Assembly (NCBI GenBank): GCA_020425605.1
Contig: JAGQRH010000005.1
Location: forward strand, 75,850-139,849
DNA from: Planctomycetota bacterium
GTDB taxonomy: Bacteria > Planctomycetota > UBA8742 > UBA2392
Reading direction: 5' to 3'
DNA length: 64,000 nt
The position numbers were made by a program, and so were the translations under genes. The notes under the pieces were generated by a model. It had not been told where the DNA came from, searched no databases, and saw only the letters and a program-made list of their open reading frames with translations. Shown in pieces: positions 54,780 to 64,000 of this stretch (positions are counted from its first letter, which is position 1; each line of letters begins with the position of its first letter).

Positions 54780-54876
54780 ATGAGGCTCCTGGACAGGCTT
54801 GCGGCATCCATTCGGGCGCCGAGATTGCGACACCTCGTGCCTTTATCGGCCGTAGGGCCTCGCGGGCTTTAGATTT

Positions 54877-57243
54877 ATGGCTTTGCACTTCCTTCAACCG
54901 TGGTTGGTGATGGCCGCAGCCGCGGTCTCGGTCGCTGCGGGGGCCATTGGTTGGCGTACACGCAGGGCCGCACCGATGTTGTTTGCGCTGGCAGGTGCCG
55001 CGTTCTTTCTGGCCGGTGCGCGGCCTCAGGTAGCATCCAAACCCGAGGATGTCAGGCATGCGCTGGTGATTGATGTCAGCGGCTCTATGGCCACTCGAAA
55101 GCTCAATGTTGATGCGCTTGCAGACCTGGAGCTGCCGGCCGGCCACAGCTTCGTGAGATTTGAACTGTCCGATGCTGTGCGCCAGCCAGGTGGTGCACAC
55201 GGCGAAGACACTGACTACGCACGGCTCGCCGACGTGGCTGCGGACCCGCGCATCAATGGGGAGATCATCCTCGTTACGGATGGCCAAGGACCGGTGGAGA
55301 AGCTCTACGCGGCCGTGCACCCGCATCGGCTGATACTGCTCCGTGCACCTCGGCCCGCGGCCCCCGATGCCAGCATCGCCGAGCTCAGCGCGCCAACTTC
55401 GGCCGTACCCGGCACGAACGTTGAAGTCCGCGCGACCCTGCGGTGTGACTTCGACGCGGACGTTCCCTGGAGGTTGCTCGAGGGCGCTAACGAGGTCGCC
55501 AGCGGCGTGCAACGGGTGAGGCCCGGTGTTCCGGCAAACATCAGTCGTGCCTACCTGGTGCCGGGTAGTGGGCTCTCGCGCCTCCGGATGGTTTTGGGCC
55601 TCAAGGATGACCGGGAGCCGCGCAATGACGAGGCTACGGTCGCCATTTTCGCTGGGGGCAAGCGCCGCATTGAATATTGCACGGAGGCCGGCATCCCTGA
55701 GGAAACGGATGCGCTGCTCGGCATGCTGAGAGCCGACGCAGCAAATGGCGTGCACGTCTCATCGATCTTGCCGGTCAGCGCCGTTCAACTGGAGTCTGTG
55801 GACGCACTGATCGTCAACAACCTGGCGTTGCCGCAATCCGGCGCGTCGCGCGAGCAGACCCGGGCGCTGGCAGAATGGGTCAGCAAGGGTGGCAGCCTGT
55901 TCATGCTCGGCAGCGAAGGCGCGTTCGGTCCTGGTGGATATCGGGGCTCGCCGGTCGAAGATGTCATGCCCGTACGCTTCAGGCCGGACGATGCACCGCC
56001 GCATCGCACGCTACTGCTGATGGACGTCTCGTCTTCCATGAATGACCCGCTTGCCGGCGGCGAGACGAAACTTGCTCGCTTGAAGCAGGCCGGTGTGAGG
56101 GTGCTGGATTCTCTCGCTACAGGTGAGCAGGCTGCCGTTGCGGGTTTTCGTGAGCGGATCCGTGGCGAAGTTGTGTTTGCAGATGCCGACAGTCCGGTTC
56201 TGGTCAATGCCGTGGAGGGGCTTCAGGCCGGCGGCTCCACTCATATTGGCACGTCCCTGCAGCAGGCCGTGGATCTATTCGATGGCGCGGCGGAAGGCTC
56301 GCGCATACTCCTGATCACGGACGGGCAGGACGTAGAAAACGCGGGCGAGGACGCGTTTGCAGCGATCTCAGCATCCCTGGATGCGCGCAGTATTCGCCTC
56401 GACATCGTGCTGACCGTGGATGAAGACTTCCCGTGGGTATCGTGGCTAAAAGGCGCAAACACGCACGTCTGGTCGGTGGGGGATGCCGGCTTCGAGGGAC
56501 TGCTGGATACGCTGGACGGTGCACTCGCGAGCGGCGATCAGGAGTGGATCGTTACGCAGCCCGCACCCGTTGATGGAGTCAGTGTCGCGCTGCCGCGCTT
56601 TGTGCGCTGTGCCCTGCGCCACGAGGCTTCGGTGACGCCATCTCTGTCCGTGACGTACTCGGATCGCCCATATCCATTACTTGCCCGGCGGCAGCTCGTG
56701 GGGCGTACGGCGTGTCTGTGTACGAATAGCTGGGGCGGGCCGGGGATGGTCGAGTTCTGGCAGGACGACCATTTTCAGTCCGAGCTTGCGAGCGCGCTGC
56801 AGTTTGTGCTTGGAAATGCCGGCCGGACCAATCTCGTGTTGAATCGAACGCCCGAGGGTGCAGAGCTGGTCTGGACGGGCATCACGGATGCGCCTGAGGC
56901 GAACCTGCGCCTAGAGCCCGCAGGTAGTGCTCGACTGGACTCGCCCGGACGCTGGGTGTTGGATTGGCCCGAGGGCGACGAGTTGCGCGTGTTTGACGGC
57001 GAAAGGCTGCTCCAGCGGATTCCGCTGCCGAGGGCCGTGCCGGCCGAGTTGCGTGTAACCGGTGACGATGAGGTCTTCTTCCGGGTTGCGGAAGAAGGGG
57101 GCATTCGTGTGTTCAGCAGCCTGGACTCGTGGAAGCCAAGGCGTGTAACTGAGTCCGCCGAGGTTCCGCTAGATCTCACCTGGTTGCCCGCATTGGTGGC
57201 GATGCTGCTGCTGTTGACCGGCTTTGCCTTGCGCCGCCGATAG
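54877..57243 (+). CDS. BatA-like membrane protein with two vWA domains
   Basis: N-terminal MALHFLQPWLV plus 2 TMs. MIDAS strands ALVIDVSGSM and LLLMDVSSSM. C-terminal TM anchor. Confidence 0.75.
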   Translation: MALHFLQPWLVMAAAAVSVAAGAIGWRTRRAAPMLFALAGAAFFLAGARPQVASKPEDVRHALVIDVSGSMATRKLNVDALADLELPAGHSFVRFELSDAVRQPGGAHGEDTDYARLADVAADPRINGEIILVTDGQGPVEKLYAAVHPHRLILLRAPRPAAPDASIAELSAPTSAVPGTNVEVRATLRCDFDADVPWRLLEGANEVASGVQRVRPGVPANISRAYLVPGSGLSRLRMVLGLKDDREPRNDEATVAIFAGGKRRIEYCTEAGIPEETDALLGMLRADAANGVHVSSILPVSAVQLESVDALIVNNLALPQSGASREQTRALAEWVSKGGSLFMLGSEGAFGPGGYRGSPVEDVMPVRFRPDDAPPHRTLLLMDVSSSMNDPLAGGETKLARLKQAGVRVLDSLATGEQAAVAGFRERIRGEVVFADADSPVLVNAVEGLQAGGSTHIGTSLQQAVDLFDGAAEGSRILLITDGQDVENAGEDAFAAISASLDARSIRLDIVLTVDEDFPWVSWLKGANTHVWSVGDAGFEGLLDTLDGALASGDQEWIVTQPAPVDGVSVALPRFVRCALRHEASVTPSLSVTYSDRPYPLLARRQLVGRTACLCTNSWGGPGMVEFWQDDHFQSELASALQFVLGNAGRTNLVLNRTPEGAELVWTGITDAPEANLRLEPAGSARLDSPGRWVLDWPEGDELRVFDGERLLQRIPLPRAVPAELRVTGDDEVFFRVAEEGGIRVFSSLDSWKPRRVTESAEVPLDLTWLPALVAMLLLLTGFALRRR

Positions 57244-57266
57244 CAGGGTGCAATAGCCGCCCGCGA

Positions 57267-57476
57267 CTAGAGCTCATCGACGATGCACTCGATGATGTCG
57301 TTGCCCAGCTTGCGGAATGCCTTGCTGAGTTCGCCATGCAGGTCGCCCGTGCCATGCCTGATCTGCGCGTGGATCACGGCCGTTACCAGCCTGACACCGC
57401 TGCTGTAGTCATCCCAGCGCACGTTGAACTGAGCCATTGCGCGGGTCTTGATACCCGCCTTGTCGCGAATCGCCAT
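57267..57476 (-). CDS. small hypothetical protein (69 aa)
   Basis: ORF only. Reasonable composition. No domain recognised. Confidence 0.4.
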   Translation of the reverse strand: MAIRDKAGIKTRAMAQFNVRWDDYSSGVRLVTAVIHAQIRHGTGDLHGELSKAFRKLGNDIIECIVDEL

Positions 57477-57541
57477 TGGAGCCTCCGGGTTTAAAACGAA
57501 CGGGTCGGCGCCAGCGCCGACCCGTTCCGAATCTGTTTGTG

Positions 57542-59176
57542 CTACTTGCCGCCGGCGTTGCGCTTGGTGTTGCCGTAAGCCTTGAACACGTAGCCGTCTT
57601 TGGTGCCAAGGTAGATGGCCCGGTCACGCTCTTCCATGCTGCCGCGAACGAACGCGAAATCAGCAAGGTTCAGGTTCCACTCCGGGCGCTCGAGTCGGCC
57701 GGTGTCGAGATCCAGCACATGCAGCTCACGGCTGATGGTGCGCAGTGCATCCTCGTCGCGCACGATGCGGCCGTCAGCCTTCATCCGGGCCTTTTCGCTG
57801 TCACTGAGGAAATCTTCGAATTCCTCGTACAGGATGTAGGCGCGATTGTCGTGCAGCATCAGCACCTGCTGGCCGACATCCGGCTCGCTCCAGATCGGGT
57901 CGACTTTCCAGGCGGTCTTTGGGTCGCCGTCTACCAGGTGATAGACCGGGCGGTCGTTGGGCACATCGATGACTTCGTAGCGGTAGGCGCACAGCTTGCC
58001 CGGGCGGGTCGCGGCGCGCTTGACCATGGTCTTGCCATCCGGGCCCACGACGTCACGGTCGTAGAGCTCCAGAGTGTGCACGAACACCCAGTTGTCTTCG
58101 ACGAACACCTTGCCGTACGGGATACCGTCAGTTGTAAGCACCCAGGCCGCTTCGCCTGACTTCTGCCATGCGAACAGCTGGCCGATGTCGCTGCCGACGA
58201 AGCACAGGTCATCCTTGATCACGGGCGGAGTGCGCGAGTGCGCCTCGAGGTAGGGGTTCGCACGGAACTCGCCACTTTGGGCGTCGACCATATACAGGTA
58301 GTTGTTGTTGTTCACGAACGCGACAGTTTCGCGGTCTGCGGCCGGCTGCATGGCGATCTGCATGAACTTTTCGCTCACGCCCTGGCCTACTCGCGGGAAG
58401 GTCCAGCTGTCGGCGCCCTCACCGTTGCCGCGAGAGCCCATCGGCAGGCCGCGCAAGGCATTGCTGTTCGTGGCAGGCACAAACACGTGGGAATCGTTGC
58501 TGCTTGGGGCTGCGCTCGGGAACACATCGCCCTCGAAACGGCCCTGGCTGACGAGGCGTGATTCGCCTTCACGCGGGCTGGCCATGCGGTCGTAGCTCTG
58601 GTACTGGCCGTCGCGGTTCATGAACACGATGACACTGCGTGTCGGCATCGGGTCATAGTTTACCCGCTGCTCGAGTACCGTCTTCCAGTGCAACGTGAAG
58701 TCGTATGCGTCGATACTCCAGATGTGGTTCTGGCCCTTGTCGGCATCGACAACGATGATTTCGTCACGCACGTCATCATGGATCACGTGTAGCTCGCGGA
58801 TGACCACGGGCTGACGGCGCTGCGGGCCCGTCAGGTCGTAGTATTTCATGCGCAGGGGCAGCTCAGCCAGTTGGGCGGCGTAGTAGCTGCTCGGCTGACG
58901 CGTCGTCGGGTCGCTCGCATACAGGTTGTTGATGCGGCTGCGTTCGCGGCGTTCGCCGGGAGTCTTTGCATCATTGTCGGACCGGTCAGCAGACGACTCG
59001 TCACGACGCCTGTTGGGGTCGTTCTCAAGACGCTCATCGCCACCGCCCCACAACGAACCGGTCGGAATGAAAACCGGGCCGCAACCGACGGCGAAGAAAG
59101 TAAGGGCGAGGCAGCCCAGGCCCAGCGCTGTGCTGGATACACGCAAGCGCAGGCGCCGAATTGGATTCTGCGGCAT
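57542..59176 (-). CDS. lipoprotein with PQQ/BamB-like beta-propeller repeats
   Basis: Start moved to ATG 59176. Lipobox FAVGC. Repeated ...Y(L/V)...D...G...W blades (YLYMVDAQSGEFRA, LFAWQKSGEAAWV, IYLGTKDGYVFKAY). Confidence 0.6.
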   Translation of the reverse strand: MPQNPIRRLRLRVSSTALGLGCLALTFFAVGCGPVFIPTGSLWGGGDERLENDPNRRRDESSADRSDNDAKTPGERRERSRINNLYASDPTTRQPSSYYAAQLAELPLRMKYYDLTGPQRRQPVVIRELHVIHDDVRDEIIVVDADKGQNHIWSIDAYDFTLHWKTVLEQRVNYDPMPTRSVIVFMNRDGQYQSYDRMASPREGESRLVSQGRFEGDVFPSAAPSSNDSHVFVPATNSNALRGLPMGSRGNGEGADSWTFPRVGQGVSEKFMQIAMQPAADRETVAFVNNNNYLYMVDAQSGEFRANPYLEAHSRTPPVIKDDLCFVGSDIGQLFAWQKSGEAAWVLTTDGIPYGKVFVEDNWVFVHTLELYDRDVVGPDGKTMVKRAATRPGKLCAYRYEVIDVPNDRPVYHLVDGDPKTAWKVDPIWSEPDVGQQVLMLHDNRAYILYEEFEDFLSDSEKARMKADGRIVRDEDALRTISRELHVLDLDTGRLERPEWNLNLADFAFVRGSMEERDRAIYLGTKDGYVFKAYGNTKRNAGGK

Positions 59177-59236
59177 TAACGGACACTCGGATTGATGCCA
59201 GGGGGCTACCGGATTCTCACTTGCCTGCACGCGACG

Positions 59237-59488
59237 TCAACCGTTGTCGCAATCACGCAGGTTGATTTTGTGCTTCTGCTCGTAGCTGCGAAGGGTCTCA
59301 ATGCGCTCCAGATCTTCCTCGATCCGGTTCACAAGCTTGAAAATGTAAGGCCGACCCTTCAAGCGGTTCTTCAGGTCGTCGACCATCTTGTCCCACGAGC
59401 CCATGTACAGCTCATCCCTCAGGACCAGCAACATCTTCGCCTCTTCCGAGAGCGCTTCATAATAGGTTTGGTGGGCAGGCTCGACCAT
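59237..59488 (-). CDS. small hypothetical protein (83 aa)
   Basis: ORF with coding-like composition. Helical. Confidence 0.45.
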   Translation of the reverse strand: MVEPAHQTYYEALSEEAKMLLVLRDELYMGSWDKMVDDLKNRLKGRPYIFKLVNRIEEDLERIETLRSYEQKHKINLRDCDNG

Positions 59489-59638
59489 TGATCCTCTGTA
59501 ATGGATTGTCCACGAACGGACTGTCCATGATGAACTGTAACTGACACTCTATAGCTTGTATATATTCCTCGTCAAATACCGGGTTGGAGCCTGCTGGTCC
59601 TCCCGCTAACCTCAGGCTATCCAGCCCAGGAGTCTTCC

Positions 59639-60514
59639 ATGGCAGGTCCTGCCCCACAGCAAGCTCAGCAGCCATATGGCGTGCCCAATCAGCCGATGCC
59701 TCAGTATGCGCCTCCCGGGCGTCAAAAGGGCAGTGTCGCACCGAAGGTCTGGGGAGTGATTCTGTTGATATTCGGGTTGTTCGCGGCGTTCAGCTTCATC
59801 AGCAGCCTGGTGACCCTTGGCGGCGGCATCTCGGGGTCTACCTTTGCACCCGGGTTGTCCCCCGAAGTTAAGCAGGAAATGGACCGGATGACGGCCCAGA
59901 TGATCAGCGACATGAAGGGGCGCTGGAGTTTCTGGCTGAACATGGCCGGCGAGGGGCTTGTTATGGCCTTATCGTTTTCGGCCGGAATCTGGCTCGTCAT
60001 CAAGCCGAAGCCGCTAGGCCGGAAGCTGGCCATCGCAAGGGCACTGCTGGTGCTGTTGCTAGTTCCGGTTGCCGGCTACGAGGGGGTCAAGGCGATTGAA
60101 GGCCAACTCGAATCTCAAGCCCAGATCATGAAGCTGAGTACCGACGACGCCATCAAGAAGCAAGAAGCGTCCAACCCTTCGGCAAACAACGAGCAGGCCG
60201 AGAATCGCCGAAAAAGAGCCGAAGAGACAATGGACTCAATGCAGCCCTTAGTCAGGGGCGCGAGCTATGGTGTGGTGATCGTCACCAGCATCGGCGTGCT
60301 TGTGATCAATTGCCTGCTGCTGTTTTTCATGACTCGACCCGCCGTGAAGGAGTATCTCGAGAGCGTGGAAGAAGGCGGAGACAACTCGATCCCCGGCTAT
60401 GATCCGTCCATGGGTCTGGTCACCGGCCCGCCGCCGGGACCGCCTCACCCGGGGCAGCCGTCGCCTGCGAATCAGCCACCTGAACCACCCCGGCAACAGA
60501 CACCCCCTGTGTAG
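59639..60514 (+). CDS. membrane protein with Pro/Gln-rich termini
   Basis: Four hydrophobic segments. PQ-rich N- and C-terminal tails. Confidence 0.55.
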   Translation: MAGPAPQQAQQPYGVPNQPMPQYAPPGRQKGSVAPKVWGVILLIFGLFAAFSFISSLVTLGGGISGSTFAPGLSPEVKQEMDRMTAQMISDMKGRWSFWLNMAGEGLVMALSFSAGIWLVIKPKPLGRKLAIARALLVLLLVPVAGYEGVKAIEGQLESQAQIMKLSTDDAIKKQEASNPSANNEQAENRRKRAEETMDSMQPLVRGASYGVVIVTSIGVLVINCLLLFFMTRPAVKEYLESVEEGGDNSIPGYDPSMGLVTGPPPGPPHPGQPSPANQPPEPPRQQTPPV

Positions 60515-60580
60515 ACGCGGGGGATTGGCTATAAGCCTTGCCGCCCTTGTTAGGGGCGAACTGACCATTGAGAGGATGAG

Positions 60581-61852
60581 ATGACGACCACGCAGACGAA
60601 GGGTGACATCAAGGACGCTGGGCTCAAGGCCACCGGCATCCAGCGCATTGAATGGGCCGAGGCCGACATGCCCGTCCTTCGCGCCGTGAAAGAGAAATTC
60701 GCCAAGGAACAGCCGCTCAAGGGCATCAAGATGGGCTGCTGCCTGCACGTCACCACCGAGACGGCGAACCTGGTTCGCACGCTCAAGGCGGGCGGCGCCG
60801 AGGTGTTCCTCTGCGCATCCAACCCGCTCAGCACCCAGGACGACGTCGCTGCGGCACTGACCCTCGAGTACGGCATCGAGACATTCGCCATCAAGGGCGA
60901 AAACAACGAGACCTACTACAAGCACCTGAACTCGGTGCTCGACCAGAAGCCCAACGTCACCATGGACGACGGGGCCGACCTGGTGACGCTGATCCTCACC
61001 AAGCGCGCCGAGCTGTCCGAGCACGTGGTGGCTTCCATGGAAGAAACCACCACCGGAATCATCCGACTTCGCGCAATGGAGAAGGAAGGCGTTCTGAAAT
61101 TCCCGGTGATCGCCGTGAATGACGCCGACTGCAAGCACCTGTTTGACAATCGCTATGGCACGGGCCAAAGCACGGTGGACGGCATCATCCGCGCCACCAA
61201 CCGCCTGTTTGCAGGCCGCGTCGTGGTCACGGTCGGCTACGGCTGGTGCGGACGCGGCTTCGCCATGCGCTCGCGCGGCATGGGCGCGCGCGTGATCGTC
61301 ACAGAGATCGACCCGGTCAAGGCGCTTGAGGCTGTCATGGACGGCTTCGAAGTCATGCCGATGGCCGAGGCCGCCAAGATCGGCGACATCTTCTGCACGC
61401 TGACCGGCAACAAGCACGTCATCGACGTTGAGCATTTCAAGTCGATGAAGCCGGGCGCGATTTCCTGCAACAGCGGCCACTTCGATAACGAACTCAATCT
61501 TGCGGGCCTTGCCAAGGTCGCGACCAAGGTCGGCACACCTAAGCCGTTCGTCGACCAGTGGAAGCTGCCGAGCGGCAATACCATCTTCACCCTGGCGGAA
61601 GGCCGCCTGGTGAACCTGTCCGCCGCCGAAGGCCACCCGGCCAACGTGATGGACATGAGCTTTGCCGTGCAGGCGCTCGCCAGTGAGTACGCGGTGAAGA
61701 ACCAGAAGAGCCTCGACAACAAGGTCCACAACCTGCCGCGCGAAGTGGACGAGTGGGTGGCCACGCTGAAACTCGAAACCATGGGCGTCGGAATCGACAC
61801 ACTGACGCCCGAGCAGCAGAAGTACCTCGCCAGCTGGCAGGAAGGCACCTGA
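60581..61852 (+). CDS. ahcY: adenosylhomocysteinase
   Basis: [19 protein letters not shown] site [16 protein letters not shown]. Confidence 0.95.
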   Translation: MTTTQTKGDIKDAGLKATGIQRIEWAEADMPVLRAVKEKFAKEQPLKGIKMGCCLHVTTETANLVRTLKAGGAEVFLCASNPLSTQDDVAAALTLEYGIETFAIKGENNETYYKHLNSVLDQKPNVTMDDGADLVTLILTKRAELSEHVVASMEETTTGIIRLRAMEKEGVLKFPVIAVNDADCKHLFDNRYGTGQSTVDGIIRATNRLFAGRVVVTVGYGWCGRGFAMRSRGMGARVIVTEIDPVKALEAVMDGFEVMPMAEAAKIGDIFCTLTGNKHVIDVEHFKSMKPGAISCNSGHFDNELNLAGLAKVATKVGTPKPFVDQWKLPSGNTIFTLAEGRLVNLSAAEGHPANVMDMSFAVQALASEYAVKNQKSLDNKVHNLPREVDEWVATLKLETMGVGIDTLTPEQQKYLASWQEGT

Positions 61853-61870
61853 TCGGGATTGCATCAATCA

Positions 61871-61898
61871 AAAGGCGCTCCCTCGGGAGCGCCTTTTT
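61871..61898 (+). terminator. intrinsic terminator
   Basis: AAAGGCGCTCCC-tcg-GGAGCGCCTTTTT. Confidence 0.75.
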
Positions 61899-61971
61899 GT
61901 CTTCTTGCACTTTGCCCATGCCTTGAATAGTACAGTGTCGAACTACCACACACTCATCCCGGGAGGCCGTC

Positions 61972-62988
61972 ATGGCAAACACGCACGAATTGCCGCCGCA
62001 GGCACAACTCATGCAGTCGATGTTCGGCTTTATGGTTACGAAATGTTTGTCGGCCGTGGCGTTTCACAACGTGCCCGATGCGCTGAAGGACGGGCCGCTC
62101 TATTACACCGACCTGGCGAGCGTGACCGGCACGGACCAGCGCGCACTGCACCGCGTTATGCGCATGCTCAGCTCCGCGGGCATGTTCAAGGAGACTGAGC
62201 CGGGTACGTTCGCGCTGACACCCGCGTCTGAGCTGCTGTGCGCCGACGCGCCGGGAAGCATGCGTGAGATGGCCGTCATGATGACCTCGCCATCGCACTG
62301 GCTGCCGTGGGGGAGGATGGAAGACACGCTCAAGAGCGGCGAATCCGGGCCGCAGCATGCATTCGGCGTCGACTTCTTCGGCTGGTGCCAGCGTGAAGAG
62401 AACAGCGAGCAGTGGGAAATCTTCAACGCAGCGATGACCAGCTTTTCGTCAGGTACCAGCCACGCGGTCGCGGACGCGTTTGACTTTGGCGGCTTCAAAC
62501 ACATCGTTGATATCGGCGGCGGCCACGGCTACTTCCTCAAGACGATCCTTGAGAAAGCGCCGAACGCCAAGGGGACGCTCTTCGACCTGCCGGGCGTGGT
62601 CGAGGGCGCGGATGCCAGGAAGCTCGGCGACCGGATCGATCCGCAGAGCGGCGACTTCTTCAAGGCCGTACCCGCGGGCGGCGACTGCTACACCTTGAAA
62701 CACATCATCCACGATTGGGGTGATGAGCAGAGCATCACGATCCTCAAGAACATTGCCGACAGTATGGCCGCAGATGGGCGCGTATTGCTGGTCGAGACCG
62801 TCATGCCCGACAGCCCGGAGCCGCACCCGGCCAAGTTCATGGACGTGAACATGCTCGCCATGACCGAAGGCGGCTGCGAGCGAACGGAAAAGGAATACAC
62901 CAACCTGTTCGCAAAGGCCGGGCTCAAGCTGGTCAAGATCCACCCAACCGCCAGCCCCATGAGCATCGTCGAAGCAGCGAAAGCGTAG
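61972..62988 (+). CDS. class I SAM-dependent O-methyltransferase (Methyltransf_2 type with dimerisation domain)
   Basis: VDIGGGHGYF motif I, KHIIHDW, N-terminal winged-helix-like dimerisation region. Confidence 0.85.
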   Translation: MANTHELPPQAQLMQSMFGFMVTKCLSAVAFHNVPDALKDGPLYYTDLASVTGTDQRALHRVMRMLSSAGMFKETEPGTFALTPASELLCADAPGSMREMAVMMTSPSHWLPWGRMEDTLKSGESGPQHAFGVDFFGWCQREENSEQWEIFNAAMTSFSSGTSHAVADAFDFGGFKHIVDIGGGHGYFLKTILEKAPNAKGTLFDLPGVVEGADARKLGDRIDPQSGDFFKAVPAGGDCYTLKHIIHDWGDEQSITILKNIADSMAADGRVLLVETVMPDSPEPHPAKFMDVNMLAMTEGGCERTEKEYTNLFAKAGLKLVKIHPTASPMSIVEAAKA

Positions 62989-63015
62989 CATGGCCGGACG
63001 AATGCTGGAGACGGA

Positions 63016-64000
63016 TCAGTCTTTGTAGGACATCAGCTCGACTGTGCGTTTCTCGGCGCCGGCGCCTGATTCGCGTTTGACGAGAATTCCCGGATGCTTT
63101 GACATTACCCAGAGCTTTACGGTGTTGCGGAGGCAGGTGATTTCGATGTAGTCGCAATCGAACTCACCTGCGGCCACTTTGTAGCGCACCTTGGTTACTT
63201 CGGGCTTGTCGCCGTATCCCTTCATCGAATCATCAACGGGGACCCGATAGCCTTCAGGGTAGAGCACCTTTCCGCCATCTATGGAATTCGCGGCCTCCCG
63301 CGGACCTTGGGCCTTATCCTTGGCAACAACTTCAGTGACAAATCCGGTTCCCGAAGTGTCACTGCCCGCGTGGTAAACGCAGTACGTCCAGCTACGGCCT
63401 TCCTTATCAAACATGGAGGAAAGCTCATCTTGCGAGTACAGAGCTGTCTGCGCTGCATCCACTCGTGCACCCAATACGCGCCAGGTTACGGCGTCTTTGT
63501 ACGGTGCGGCCTGATCCGCCAGCTTTTCCGCCTTAGTCCTGCCTTTGCCGGGAGTTTTTCGAAGTGAGTCGTCGTAGTAGACCTTCGCGCCTTTTCGAAT
63601 TCGCAGGATGAAGTCCTGCACCAGCAGGTCGATGTCAGCGTCGCAAAGGGTCCAAAGCTCTTGCGGGTCCTCACACGCGTACAGGCGTTTCAACTCTTTC
63701 TCTGTGACCTCGCTGTCGTCGTTCAGGTCTGCGGCCAGGTATTCTTGCAGGCACAGCAGCCCGGGATACTCGGCGCGTAGAGCCTTCCGTCGGTCCTCGT
63801 GTTTCCCGACTTTGGCGAACGCGACGTAGAACGTCTCCAGCCGTTCCTGCTGTTCCTTGAGACTGATCACCCCGTCGGCGTCAGTGTCGGAGTGCTCGAG
63901 ACACTCCGCTGTTTTCTGACGGATCTCCTCCTCGGTCGGCTGGTCAGCACAATGCGCGGGCGTCATACCAAAGCACAGTAGGGCAAGCACGATTAGGTTT
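63016..64000 (-). CDS. secreted EF-hand protein, 5' end probably outside the window
   Basis: Frame stays open to the window edge. Signal-peptide-like LALLCFGMTPAHCA. EF loops DTDADGVISLKE and DLNDDSEVTEKE. Confidence 0.55.
   Translation of the reverse strand, partial: NLIVLALLCFGMTPAHCADQPTEEEIRQKTAECLEHSDTDADGVISLKEQQERLETFYVAFAKVGKHEDRRKALRAEYPGLLCLQEYLAADLNDDSEVTEKELKRLYACEDPQELWTLCDADIDLLVQDFILRIRKGAKVYYDDSLRKTPGKGRTKAEKLADQAAPYKDAVTWRVLGARVDAAQTALYSQDELSSMFDKEGRSWTYCVYHAGSDTSGTGFVTEVVAKDKAQGPREAANSIDGGKVLYPEGYRVPVDDSMKGYGDKPEVTKVRYKVAAGEFDCDYIEITCLRNTVKLWVMSKHPGILVKRESGAGAEKRTVELMSYKD

Noticed and set aside
54694-55755. 353-aa minus-strand ORF
   Set aside because: Antisense to the vWA protein gene and overlaps the SpoIID start. 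Shadow composition.
60515-60580. Possible SAH riboswitch in the ahcY leader
   Set aside because: Small hairpins exist (GGCT-ATA-AGCC within GCGG...CCGC), but the conserved SAH-riboswitch core sequences I recall are not present.
60248-61867. 539-aa minus-strand ORF
   Set aside because: Antisense shadow of adenosylhomocysteinase.

Overview
This is a visibly GC-rich bacterial chromosomal window with about 75 tightly packed CDS on both strands. I could not recognise any rRNA, tRNA or CRISPR array by eye. Most genes are housekeeping: PNP, rsmH, hflX, hemD, sppA, lipA, PMM/PGM, argF-like, murD, groES/groEL, ltaE, asparaginase, coaB, nrnA, family-4 UDG, etfBA, ahcY. Several convergent gene pairs are separated by clean GC-rich hairpin terminators. 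Pro-rich tails, PEGA and lipobox lipoproteins, a dispersed dcw cluster and a RAYT-type transposase suggest a PVC/Planctomycetota-like organism. That taxonomic call is inference only.

The main finding is a seven-ORF, translationally coupled minus-strand operon at 29592-34573. It encodes three ~200-aa ESCRT-III/Snf7-like (PspA/Vipp1 superfamily) coiled-coil proteins, a MIT-domain plus single-AAA Vps4/CdvC-like ATPase, a Kdo/WaaP-type protein-kinase-like enzyme, a 34-aa transmembrane micro-ORF and an uncharacterised lead gene. This resembles an ESCRT-III plus Vps4 membrane-remodelling cassette in a bacterium.

The second finding is an ORF missed by the track (24991-26121). It is a secreted thioredoxin-fold protein whose WCGPC motif reads W-TGA-G-P-C, with a hairpin 10 nt downstream, making it a candidate selenoprotein.

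Other notable items:
- a bacterial eRF1/Pelota-like protein (GGW in place of GGQ, Zn-ribbon insert)
- a histone-H1-like Lys/Ala/Pro tail fused to an acyl-CoA synthetase
- a RAYT (IS200-like Y1 transposase) with hairpin-rich 3' region and a REP-like nested palindrome nearby
- a lower-GC islet with a nuclease gene fragment
- an FHA-GAF-sigma54 activator
- a good -24/-12 promoter match upstream of a response regulator-groESL unit
- orphan PilM/GspL-like and secretin-N-only genes

All protein-family calls rest on motifs read by eye. No database search was run.
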